Origin: Candidatus Hydrogenedentota bacterium
Lineage (GTDB): Bacteria > Hydrogenedentota > Hydrogenedentia > Hydrogenedentales > JAEUWI01
NCBI GenBank assembly: GCA_016182605.1
Contig: JACPGE010000046.1
Coordinates: forward strand, 7,769-71,768
DNA: 64,000 bases
Reading direction: 5' to 3'
Shown: positions 56,748 to 64,000 of the stretch, in pieces
Layout: each line of letters starts with the position of its first letter
Numbering within the stretch: the first letter of the stretch is position 1
The notes under the pieces: generated by a model
The model's database searches: none
What the model saw: only the letters and a program-made list of their open reading frames with translations
What the model was told of the DNA's origin: nothing
Position numbers and translations under genes: made by a program

Positions 56748-58643
56748 ATGGCGGAAATGGTACCCGCGAAACTCCCGGCGCGGGCGAGCCGGGGGGAAGA
56801 ACGCCTCTTTTCCATTCTTCAGCGCCTGCCCGCCGGGTACATCGTTTACTACGAGCCCTACGTGAAATCCAAGTACCCCGACTTCATCGTCATCGCGCCG
56901 GATTTGGGCGTGATGGTCATCGAAGTGAAGGGCTGGTACGCGGGCAATCTGTGTGGGGCCACGCCGGAATCGATCACGGTGAAATACATGGGGCGCACCC
57001 GCGCCTATCCGCATCCCCTGCGCCAGGTGCGGAACTACATGTGGAACTTGTCGGCGGAGTGCGAGCGGGTGCCCGCCTTCACGGAACTCCTGCGCAAGGA
57101 GGGACAACACCTCGGGCGCCCGATCTTTCCCTTCGGTCATTTCGTCGTCCTCGCAAACATGACCGGAAAGCAGCTTGCAGAGCACCCTTTGGGCGATTTC
57201 CGGCCGCTCTTCGACCGCGCCTCCACCATGCTGCGCGAGGATCTGGAGGCCTGGGAGAAGGCCCCGCCAAATGCGCTGCCTGCCATGCTGGCGCAGTTCT
57301 TCCAGGTGCAGTGGCCCATGCCCCCCCTCACGCCGCGCCAGGTGGACATCCTTCGCGCGATCATCCACCCCGAGATCCGGCTGGGCGGCCTGCCGCGCCG
57401 GCTTCCAATCGAAAACGATACGGACGCCTGGATCCCCTACAAGAGCCTGGTCAACGTGCTCGATCTGCGGCAGGAACGCACCGCGCTCTCGATCGGCGAA
57501 GGACACCGCGTGCTCTTCGGGGTCGCGGGCTCGGGTAAGACCGTGGTGCTCATTGCGCGGGCGCGCTACCTCCACGATCGCGATCCCCAGGCGCGCGTGC
57601 TGCTCCTCTGCTTCAACGTGGCGCTCGGAGCCTACCTGCGCCAAGCCTTGCGCGAATGCGCCCGGGTGAAGGTGCACCACTTCGACGGCTGGGCCAAGGC
57701 AAACGGCGTCACGCGCCAGTTCACCCCCGAGGGCACGGAGTCCGACGACCGCATGGGAGCGCGCCTGCTCGACGTGCTGGCCGCAGGCAGGGGCGAAGCG
57801 GGCGCCTATGATGCCGTGCTGATCGACGAGGCGCAGGACTTTCCCCCCGAGTGGTTTTCCTGTGTGCGCGCGGCATTGAAGGATCCCGAACAGGGCGACC
57901 TGATCATCGTGGGCGATGGACAGCAGGGCATCCGCCGCAACAAGGCGGTGACGTGGTCGGAACTCGGCATTCAGGCGCGGGGCCGCACGGTGAACCAGCG
58001 CTTCGATCTGGACAAGAACTACCGCAACAGCCGCGAGATCGTGGCGCTGGCCGCGGCCTTTGCGGCAGGCTCGCGCGATGGCGTGACGGGGGACATTCTG
58101 CGCGTGCCGCTGGACGCCTCGAAAACCGTGCGCGCCACGGGGTTCATGCCGGTGGCCGCCTCATTCCGCGATCGCGATGCGGAACGCCAAGCCATTGTGC
58201 ATACGGTGGCTTGGCTGCTGGGACAGCCTGCGCCCATCAACGCGCTCCTGCCCAATGACCTCGCCCCGGAAGAGATTGGCCTCCTGTACCCCATGCTGCC
58301 GAAACAACTCCGGCCCGGTTTTGACGCGCTCCGAGAATCGCTCCGTGCATTTGCGCCCGTGCTTTGGCTCAATGAGACGCGCGCGAACCGCGAAAAATGG
58401 GGCGTGGAAGGCATCAAGATTCAGACCATCGACTCCTCGAAGGGCCTCCAATACCGCGCCGTGATTCTGATGTGGGCCGATCTGCTGCCGCGCAATTTCC
58501 AGGACTCGGACGAAGCAAGCGATCGCGCCCTGCTCTACGTCGGCCTGACACGCCCCGAAGACTGCCTCGTGGTCACCGGCCTGACCAAGAGCCGTTACCT
58601 GGAAGAATTGCAGGCGACCTGCCTGGCCGAAACGCACTTGTAA
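56748..58643 (+). CDS. NERD nuclease domain fused to UvrD/Rep-like SF1 helicase
   Basis: N-terminal GEERLFSILQRLP...YPDFIVIAPDLGVMVIEVKG (NERD, PD-ExK). Walker A GVAGSGKT (57519-57542), LIDEAQDF, and C-terminal TIDSSKGLQYRAVIL (UvrD_C-like). Confidence 0.8.
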   Translation: MAEMVPAKLPARASRGEERLFSILQRLPAGYIVYYEPYVKSKYPDFIVIAPDLGVMVIEVKGWYAGNLCGATPESITVKYMGRTRAYPHPLRQVRNYMWNLSAECERVPAFTELLRKEGQHLGRPIFPFGHFVVLANMTGKQLAEHPLGDFRPLFDRASTMLREDLEAWEKAPPNALPAMLAQFFQVQWPMPPLTPRQVDILRAIIHPEIRLGGLPRRLPIENDTDAWIPYKSLVNVLDLRQERTALSIGEGHRVLFGVAGSGKTVVLIARARYLHDRDPQARVLLLCFNVALGAYLRQALRECARVKVHHFDGWAKANGVTRQFTPEGTESDDRMGARLLDVLAAGRGEAGAYDAVLIDEAQDFPPEWFSCVRAALKDPEQGDLIIVGDGQQGIRRNKAVTWSELGIQARGRTVNQRFDLDKNYRNSREIVALAAAFAAGSRDGVTGDILRVPLDASKTVRATGFMPVAASFRDRDAERQAIVHTVAWLLGQPAPINALLPNDLAPEEIGLLYPMLPKQLRPGFDALRESLRAFAPVLWLNETRANREKWGVEGIKIQTIDSSKGLQYRAVILMWADLLPRNFQDSDEASDRALLYVGLTRPEDCLVVTGLTKSRYLEELQATCLAETHL

Positions 58644-58697
58644 CGCCGGCTCAACTTCAACGGCAACTGCACACGCGCTCCGCGCATGCGCAAACCT

Positions 58698-59471
58698 TCA
58701 GGCAAACTTCTTGAGCCGTGGATAGCCGAAGATTGAATACAACAATGTCGCGGCAGCACTGCCAAGAAAGACGATCAGCGCGAGGGCATTCGTCCAGCGG
58801 TGCAGCGAAGTCACCCGGTAGTTCGATGGATGATCCGGATCGTACGCCACGTTCATTCGAAACTGTCGCCTTAGCGCCTGCAGGATGCCCAGTGCTTCCC
58901 CGTCTGCAAACACCGATTCCAGCCAGAACGGGACGTAATTGGGCAGTACCTGATCCAATGCCGCCGCTACCTTGTCATATTCCTTCGCCCGGTAAGCCAC
59001 CTTGATGTCCTCGGGCACTTCGGCCGTCGTGGGCGTGCCGCGCTCCGCGAGCGAATCCAGCAGCGGCTTCGGCACATGTTCGAACGAGGAGATGCCCTTC
59101 TTCGCCAGGACCCCGCGGACGGCTTCCGGGAGATCCTCGAAACGCTGGTAACCGCGCTGCTCCAGCAGGGCCCGCGCATCCTCCGGAATGGGCCCGAACA
59201 GAAGCCGCTCGATCCAGCCCAGCCGGTGCCTGCCCAGATACTCCACCCCGTCCACCATATACGCGAACACCATCTCCAACTGCGGATCCCCCGCGCCCCC
59301 CTCCTCCACCAGGCGCAACTCCAGAACCCGCGTCCCGGCCAGTTTCCAACGCGTATCGAGCCCCTCGCTCCACCAGAACAGCCCCACAACCACGGTCAAC
59401 AGCCCCAGCGCCACCGCGATCCCCTCGGGAACGCGGAAACGCATGCGGTGCTTCTTCTGCTGTAAACCCAT
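58698..59471 (-). CDS. Hypothetical membrane protein (N- and C-terminal TM helices)
   Basis: Internal ATG at 59471 followed by TM segment IAVALGLLTVVVGLFWW. C-terminal TM ALALIVFLGSAATLLYSIF. Confidence 0.45.
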   Translation of the reverse strand: MGLQQKKHRMRFRVPEGIAVALGLLTVVVGLFWWSEGLDTRWKLAGTRVLELRLVEEGGAGDPQLEMVFAYMVDGVEYLGRHRLGWIERLLFGPIPEDARALLEQRGYQRFEDLPEAVRGVLAKKGISSFEHVPKPLLDSLAERGTPTTAEVPEDIKVAYRAKEYDKVAAALDQVLPNYVPFWLESVFADGEALGILQALRRQFRMNVAYDPDHPSNYRVTSLHRWTNALALIVFLGSAAATLLYSIFGYPRLKKFA

Positions 59472-59630
59472 GAACAGCCCACCCCGGTGCATAAGCCAAC
59501 GACACGAACGAAAACCCAACACGCACAGTATACGCCAGCGAACGCCAATCTGCTCCTTTCTGAAGTCTCGTTTTCTGAAGTCCAGTTGATCTCCCACAGC
59601 GCGCACAGGTATATTTGCCGCCTCACCCGT

Positions 59631-59717
59631 GGGCGAGTGGTGGAATTGGCATACACGACGGACTTAAAATCCGTTGGGAGTGATCCCTTGCGGGTTCGAG
59701 TCCCGCCTCGCCTACCA
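59631..59717 (+). tRNA. tRNA-Leu (anticodon UAA), CCA encoded
   Basis: Hand-folded cloverleaf. Acceptor GGGCGAG/CUCGCCU (G1:U72), D arm GUG-GAAUUGGCAUA-CAC, anticodon stem ACGGA/UCCGU with loop CUUAAAA, long variable arm (GGGA..UCCC), T arm GCGGG-UUCGAGU-CCCGC, then discriminator A plus CCA. Confidence 0.88.
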
Positions 59718-59940
59718 TATTAAACACTGACGATTCGCGAAAAATGGCGGTTTGCTCCTTCCCTTGTCAAGGAGCCGCAAGCACACAATAAAGCACGGCG
59801 GAAAATGAACACAGGCCCCCCCCGCGGGGTAATCTTTGCCCAGTTTGCGCTAAACGGGTACGGCATGTCCCGTAGTCTTCCCAAAGATGGACGGGACATG
59901 ATAATATTGGTGTGCGACCTATTGAAACTCGGAGAAAAAA

Positions 59941-60291
59941 ATGAGCGATCCCGTAAATCCTGAGATCGTCTTTGATCTCATAAAAAGTCCCGCGTATAGG
60001 ACCGCCCATATAGATGGAGCCTTTGGGGGAATCACCACTAAAGGCAAAATCTCTATCGCATTGTTCTCCGAGCGGCAACCAATACCCACCTCCATTACGC
60101 ACGCGCTAGATGGAAACAAAATCGGGAAGGAATTGGGACGCGAGACTCGGCAAGCCATAATCCGCGAATTGGAAGTAAACTGCATCATGGACCCAGATAC
60201 GGCGCGAGCAATCGCTGAGTGGCTCAATGCAAAAGCTGAAGAATCCGAAAAAGCTAAGGAATCGATCGGGAATGACGTGGACAATGAGTGA
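59941..60291 (+). CDS. 116-aa hypothetical protein (cassette gene 1)
   Basis: ORF in ~50% GC DNA downstream of the tRNA. Preceded by a 10-bp perfect inverted repeat and ggagaaaaaaATG. No motif recognised. Confidence 0.45.
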   Translation: MSDPVNPEIVFDLIKSPAYRTAHIDGAFGGITTKGKISIALFSERQPIPTSITHALDGNKIGKELGRETRQAIIRELEVNCIMDPDTARAIAEWLNAKAEESEKAKESIGNDVDNE

Positions 60292-60793
60292 GTGTACGGT
60301 TGGTCAAGCTACTGGCAATATTTTCCCGCACATCTTGACGGTGTCGACAGAGATCCCTCAAACATTTGCATATCCCGAAGGCAGCTTCGCCTACAACAGA
60401 ACCAATCACTTGCCAGACGCGATTATGGGAAAACTCAAACGTCTCCCAAACATTGCGAGTGAATTGATTGATCGGTGGATAGAAGATACGGCCTTTCACT
60501 CTTCCCCAACCATCATTTTGCAGTCGCGGCATTTCTTGCAAGCCAAGGAAATGTATGCGCCCGGCTTAATTGAAAGACTCTTCCAAATATTGGATGTCCA
60601 CCCCTATCATGCAATCTTGGGGTTGGGTGAATTAGTCAGCCCGTTACCGTTTGGCAAAGAGTTGGCGGGCGATTTGGCTGGAATTGTAAGCGCGTGGAAG
60701 GAATGGGGACGTGACGGGCAACTCAGGCTTGGATCTTCCGGAATGGTTTCCAAATTTGCAGTCGATGCCGTGGAAAGAGACGAGCCCTATTGA
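60284..60793 (+). CDS. 169-aa hypothetical protein (cassette gene 2)
   Basis: The ATG overlaps the stop of gene 1 (ATGAGTGA). No motif recognised. Confidence 0.45.
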   Translation: MSECTVGQATGNIFPHILTVSTEIPQTFAYPEGSFAYNRTNHLPDAIMGKLKRLPNIASELIDRWIEDTAFHSSPTIILQSRHFLQAKEMYAPGLIERLFQILDVHPYHAILGLGELVSPLPFGKELAGDLAGIVSAWKEWGRDGQLRLGSSGMVSKFAVDAVERDEPY

Positions 60794-61151
60794 TGCCCGG
60801 TACAACTGTATAGCATATGCATATGGGATAACGGACAGGTTTTTCTGGCCAAACAACCCAAGTAACGCATGGCCAGATAAGATTCCAAAGGAAGAAACCG
60901 TGGAGGTCTTCAAAACCCTCTACAGATCGATCGGCTACGAAGATTGCAGTAGCGGCGATCCGGAAAATGGTTATGACAAAGTTGCCATTTTCGCTACTGT
61001 AGATGGAGTACCAACCCATGCATCCGTCTATCGTAATGGCAAATGGCGGAGCAAATTGGGCTCATTGTGGGATATATCACACGAGCTCAATGGGCTTGAC
61101 GGCAAGCGATACGGCACTCCTGTCGCTTTCCTTCGTCGCTTGGCACAGTAA
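60711..61151 (+). CDS. ~130-146-aa hypothetical protein with possible Cys/His hydrolase motif (cassette gene 3)
   Basis: Overlaps gene 2 (alternative ATG at 60765). RYNCIAYAYG ... PTHASVY spacing is reminiscent of papain-like/NlpC-type Cys-His pairs, but this is a weak call. Confidence 0.4.
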   Translation: MTGNSGLDLPEWFPNLQSMPWKETSPIDARYNCIAYAYGITDRFFWPNNPSNAWPDKIPKEETVEVFKTLYRSIGYEDCSSGDPENGYDKVAIFATVDGVPTHASVYRNGKWRSKLGSLWDISHELNGLDGKRYGTPVAFLRRLAQ

Positions 61152-61263
61152 CGAATTTTCAATCCCATTTCGTTGATTCTGAAAACTTGCCACAAACCAG
61201 CCCCCCACGCTGCCTCAATGCGGGAGTCGGCTAGCCCGGAGACGATGCGATATTCTATCCGGC

Positions 61264-61845
61264 GTGATAGAATCTTGCCGCATGGACGAATCGGCCCGTC
61301 GCGAAAAGGAAACCCATTCTATGGCCAATGACAATCGCGGATCCCGTTTCGGCGCTTCCACTGCCAATGCGGCAGAAGCACTCCCGGAGAGCATCGGCGC
61401 GCTGCCCCGCCGCAGTCTGGCGGCCGGGGATATCCTGGTGGAGGAGAATTCGAAATCGGGAAAACTCTACTTCCTCGCGAGTGGCGCGGTGGAAGTGCGC
61501 AAGAACGGGGTGCAGATTGCCGAAGTGAGCGAGGTGGGGGCGGCCTTCGGGGAGATGTCGGTGCTGCTGGACACGCCGCACACCGCGGCCGTGCTGGCCC
61601 TGTGCGATTCGGAAGTCCATGTGGTGGACGCGCCGGAATCCTTTCTGCGGGAACACCCCGAAGTGACCTTGTACGTTGCGAAGCTGCTTGCGCGGCGGCT
61701 CAACGCGTTGAACCGCTATCTGGTGGATGTGAAGCGCCAGTTCGGCGAGCAGAGCGATCATCTCGCGATGGTGGACGAGGTGCTGGACGCGCTGATGAAC
61801 AAGCATCCGCGCACCATCGAGCGGCGCCCGGCCCCGGGCCCCTGA
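61264..61845 (+). CDS. Cyclic-nucleotide-binding domain protein
   Basis: AAGDILVEENSKSGKLYFLASGAVEV......I.E...G..FGEMS.L......AAV matches the cNMP-binding beta-roll signature. Start is uncertain (61282 or 61321 possible). Confidence 0.7.
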   Translation: MIESCRMDESARREKETHSMANDNRGSRFGASTANAAEALPESIGALPRRSLAAGDILVEENSKSGKLYFLASGAVEVRKNGVQIAEVSEVGAAFGEMSVLLDTPHTAAVLALCDSEVHVVDAPESFLREHPEVTLYVAKLLARRLNALNRYLVDVKRQFGEQSDHLAMVDEVLDALMNKHPRTIERRPAPGP

Positions 61846-61848
61846 GCG

Positions 61849-62592
61849 CTACATCGATCGCGCCGCGAGGGGCGCCGTCAGGTCGACCACTTCCGTGCCC
61901 ATGGAGGAAACCCAGGTGGCCCGCATCGCCTCCAGATCCACCACGATATACGAAGGCAGCGCGCTCGTTTCGTGGCCGGGGTTGAAGACCCACGTCTCCG
62001 CTATCCGGTCAATCCAGGATCCCTCCTTCTGGAAGGGCGAATTGTGCACGTGCCCGCTGAAGATGAAGTGCGGGCGGTGCGTCGCGATAATCTCGTTGAG
62101 GTGGGCGTCGCCGTAATGTTTCTTCCCCGTCCAGCTCACGGGACTCTGATCCGGCGGCGCATGATGGAGCCAGAACCACCGCTTCCGCGGCTTCTCCCGC
62201 TCCGCGTCGATAAAGGCGCGCATGGCCTCGCGCGTGACCGGGCCGTCCCACCAGGGGCAGACGGTGAAGAGATCCTCGGAGAGCATCAGGCTGTCCCCGT
62301 CCACGTGCAGGTTTTCCCGGCGCGCGCGCTGGAGCCACCCCGCGATGTACTCGTCTTCCGCGTTCTTGGCGTCGCCGTCGTGGTTGCCGGAAGAGACAAT
62401 CAGCGGCGCCTGGCTGCGGATGCGGTCGAGGTACTTGAGCACGACCACGATCTGCGTATCGAGATCGGCGTGCCCGGCAAGGTCGAGCAGGTCCCCCGCG
62501 ACGACCACGAGATCGTAGCCGCCGGCCACGCTGGTGACCCAGTCGAATTGCTTGAGGCTGTAGTGCAGGTCCGCGACCACGAGTATACGCAT
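61849..62592 (-). CDS. Metallophosphoesterase (calcineurin-like)
   Basis: MRILVVADLHY, VVVAGDLLD, SGNHDGD and SGHVH motifs. Confidence 0.8.
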   Translation of the reverse strand: MRILVVADLHYSLKQFDWVTSVAGGYDLVVVAGDLLDLAGHADLDTQIVVVLKYLDRIRSQAPLIVSSGNHDGDAKNAEDEYIAGWLQRARRENLHVDGDSLMLSEDLFTVCPWWDGPVTREAMRAFIDAEREKPRKRWFWLHHAPPDQSPVSWTGKKHYGDAHLNEIIATHRPHFIFSGHVHNSPFQKEGSWIDRIAETWVFNPGHETSALPSYIVVDLEAMRATWVSSMGTEVVDLTAPLAARSM

Positions 62593-63514
62593 GCGGTGAG
62601 TATAGCGGAGCGGGCCGGGGATTGAAACGGCCCTGCCCAAGGGGAGGCGCCTGAGCGAGATTCCCAGGGACGACGTTGGCGCATCCGTGATTTAGCCTGC
62701 CCGGTGAACGCCAGCGCCATCGTCACGCTGAGCACACTTCACCGCGCTCCAAATATCCGCTCGCGCATTGACTCTGCAAGCGGTGAAATGTGCGGGCTAT
62801 CCCGGCTTTCCTAATCCGGTTTGGCCGGAAGCCGGCACGGGCCCGGTTCCAGGCGCTCCGGATCTTTTTATGAATGCCGTAAACCATTAAAAATAAACGG
62901 CTTGTGCCGATGGGTATGGAAACCGACAAAAAACTGGATCTTTTCGTAAACTATGGTATACTTCATTTGCTCTTAGGGATGAGCTGGGCAGTTGGAGAGC
63001 TGGCTGGCTGGACTGATGGTCCATAGACGTGACGTGTGGAGGTATGTGACATGGCTGCATATGGCATTCCTGACAACCCCGCGCTGGTGACCACTTCGCG
63101 CCTTCGGGCGTGGTGGTTGCACTCGATCTGGGGTTACCGTGTACTGGATATTAGACGCAAACCCACCACGGGATGGTTCGGCCGTTTGGCCTACAATGAG
63201 ACGATCCGCATGCTCCCGGGCAAGCGCGACACGATTCAGTAGGGCTACGCTTCCAATCCAGAATGTGCGTGCGCACAGGCAACGTGTAGCCTGACTGCGG
63301 AGAGGCAAGGACGCCGCATCCACGGGCCCCAAGGGTTTTCAACACCTTTTCTGCATTCGGTCATGACCGTGCTGCGGCCCGCCGCATCTTGCCGGGCCAG
63401 GGTTCTGCATGTACCGCGCATTTCAGAACTGGAAAGCCGTTTCAAAGACCGCATGCGAGCGATGCATGCCCGCGTTCCACTTCGCCCGTGCGCCTCGCAA
63501 TGCTTGCTCCACCC

Positions 63515-64000
63515 TCAGCCGGCGGGGTGATCGAGGACACTACGCACGGTCGCCAGCAGTTCGATCTTGGAGAAGGGCTTGTGAATCATCCGGTAATCGT
63601 GCCCGTTCTCGGGTCTGGCGTGAAGCCCGCTCTCTGAATACCCGCTGCACATGAGGATGCGCGTTCGCGGGCTGAGTTGCAGGATGCGCGATGCGGCTTC
63701 GCGGCCCCCCATCTTCGGCATCACCATGTCCACGAGCACCAGATCGAAAGCCAACTGGTTCTCCTGAAACAGGGCGAGGGCGACGAGGCCGTTCTCCGCG
63801 CAGGTAACGAGGTAGCCGCCGGAAATCAGCATGCTCCGCGTCAGCGCGCGGACTTGGGCGTCGTCTTCCACCAGCAGAATGGATTCCGAGCCGGAGACGC
63901 TGGCCAATTCCGGAGCGTGGACCGGCGACCGGTGGACTTCGCCGGTGCTGGGAAAATAGATCCGAAACTCGGCGCCCATGCCGGGCTCGCTGTAGACGTG
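63515..64000 (-). CDS. Hybrid sensor histidine kinase/response regulator, C-terminal part (5' end outside window)
   Basis: The frame is open to the window edge. GxG..F.IYFP is the end of an HATPase domain. This is followed by receiver ILLVEDD...DLVLVDMVMPKMGG...KPF. Confidence 0.75.
   Translation of the reverse strand, partial: HVYSEPGMGAEFRIYFPSTGEVHRSPVHAPELASVSGSESILLVEDDAQVRALTRSMLISGGYLVTCAENGLVALALFQENQLAFDLVLVDMVMPKMGGREAASRILQLSPRTRILMCSGYSESGLHARPENGHDYRMIHKPFSKIELLATVRSVLDHPAG

Noticed and set aside
61152-61263. Looked for a repeat of the tRNA-Leu 3' end (attR) at the far side of the three-gene cassette.
   Set aside because: There is no convincing match by eye to gggttcgagtcccgcctcgcctacca. 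The island boundary remains undefined.

Overview
This is a high-GC bacterial chromosomal segment: hand-counted 60-mers give roughly 63-66% GC. The gene content is fused spermidine-synthase/TPR proteins, cohesin/dockerin-like modules, giant secreted Ig-like proteins and abundant c-di-GMP signalling. That mix suggests a PVC/Planctomycetota-like or related uncultured lineage, but this is inference only.

Most of the window is ordinary housekeeping. It includes dapB, argH, rfbC, nadK, dsbD, heptose-pathway genes, an ECF sigma/anti-sigma pair, aminotransferase, ABC permease and response regulators.

Lower-GC (about 47-52%) accessory patches interrupt this backbone:
1. 2.1-4.7 kb: a C5-methyltransferase / PD-ExK restriction enzyme / Vsr operon.
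2. 48.1-55.3 kb: a segment bounded by ~44-bp imperfect direct repeats that duplicate the 3' end of a beta-helix gene. It carries a tightly coupled four-gene minus-strand operon of KAP P-loop NTPase, 317 aa, 202 aa and a 1105-aa protein with an HEFLH motif. I cannot assign it to any named system, and it is my top candidate for an undescribed defence-like system.
3. 59.6-61.2 kb: a three-gene cassette directly downstream of tRNA-Leu(UAA).

A normal-GC NERD-SF1 helicase fusion lies nearby at 56.7-58.6 kb.

Other notable items:
- a MITE-like repeat family with ~29-bp terminal inverted repeats (three loci plus a fragment)
- an orphan terminase-large-subunit-like gene
- a dockerin plus three-cohesin cluster
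- a giant surface protein ending in a group-XII-PLA2-like domain
- a HigB/HigA-like toxin-antitoxin pair

All domain calls come from motif recognition by eye; no searches were run. Start codons are inferred and may be off. Many long ORFs in the track are high-GC shadow frames and were not called.
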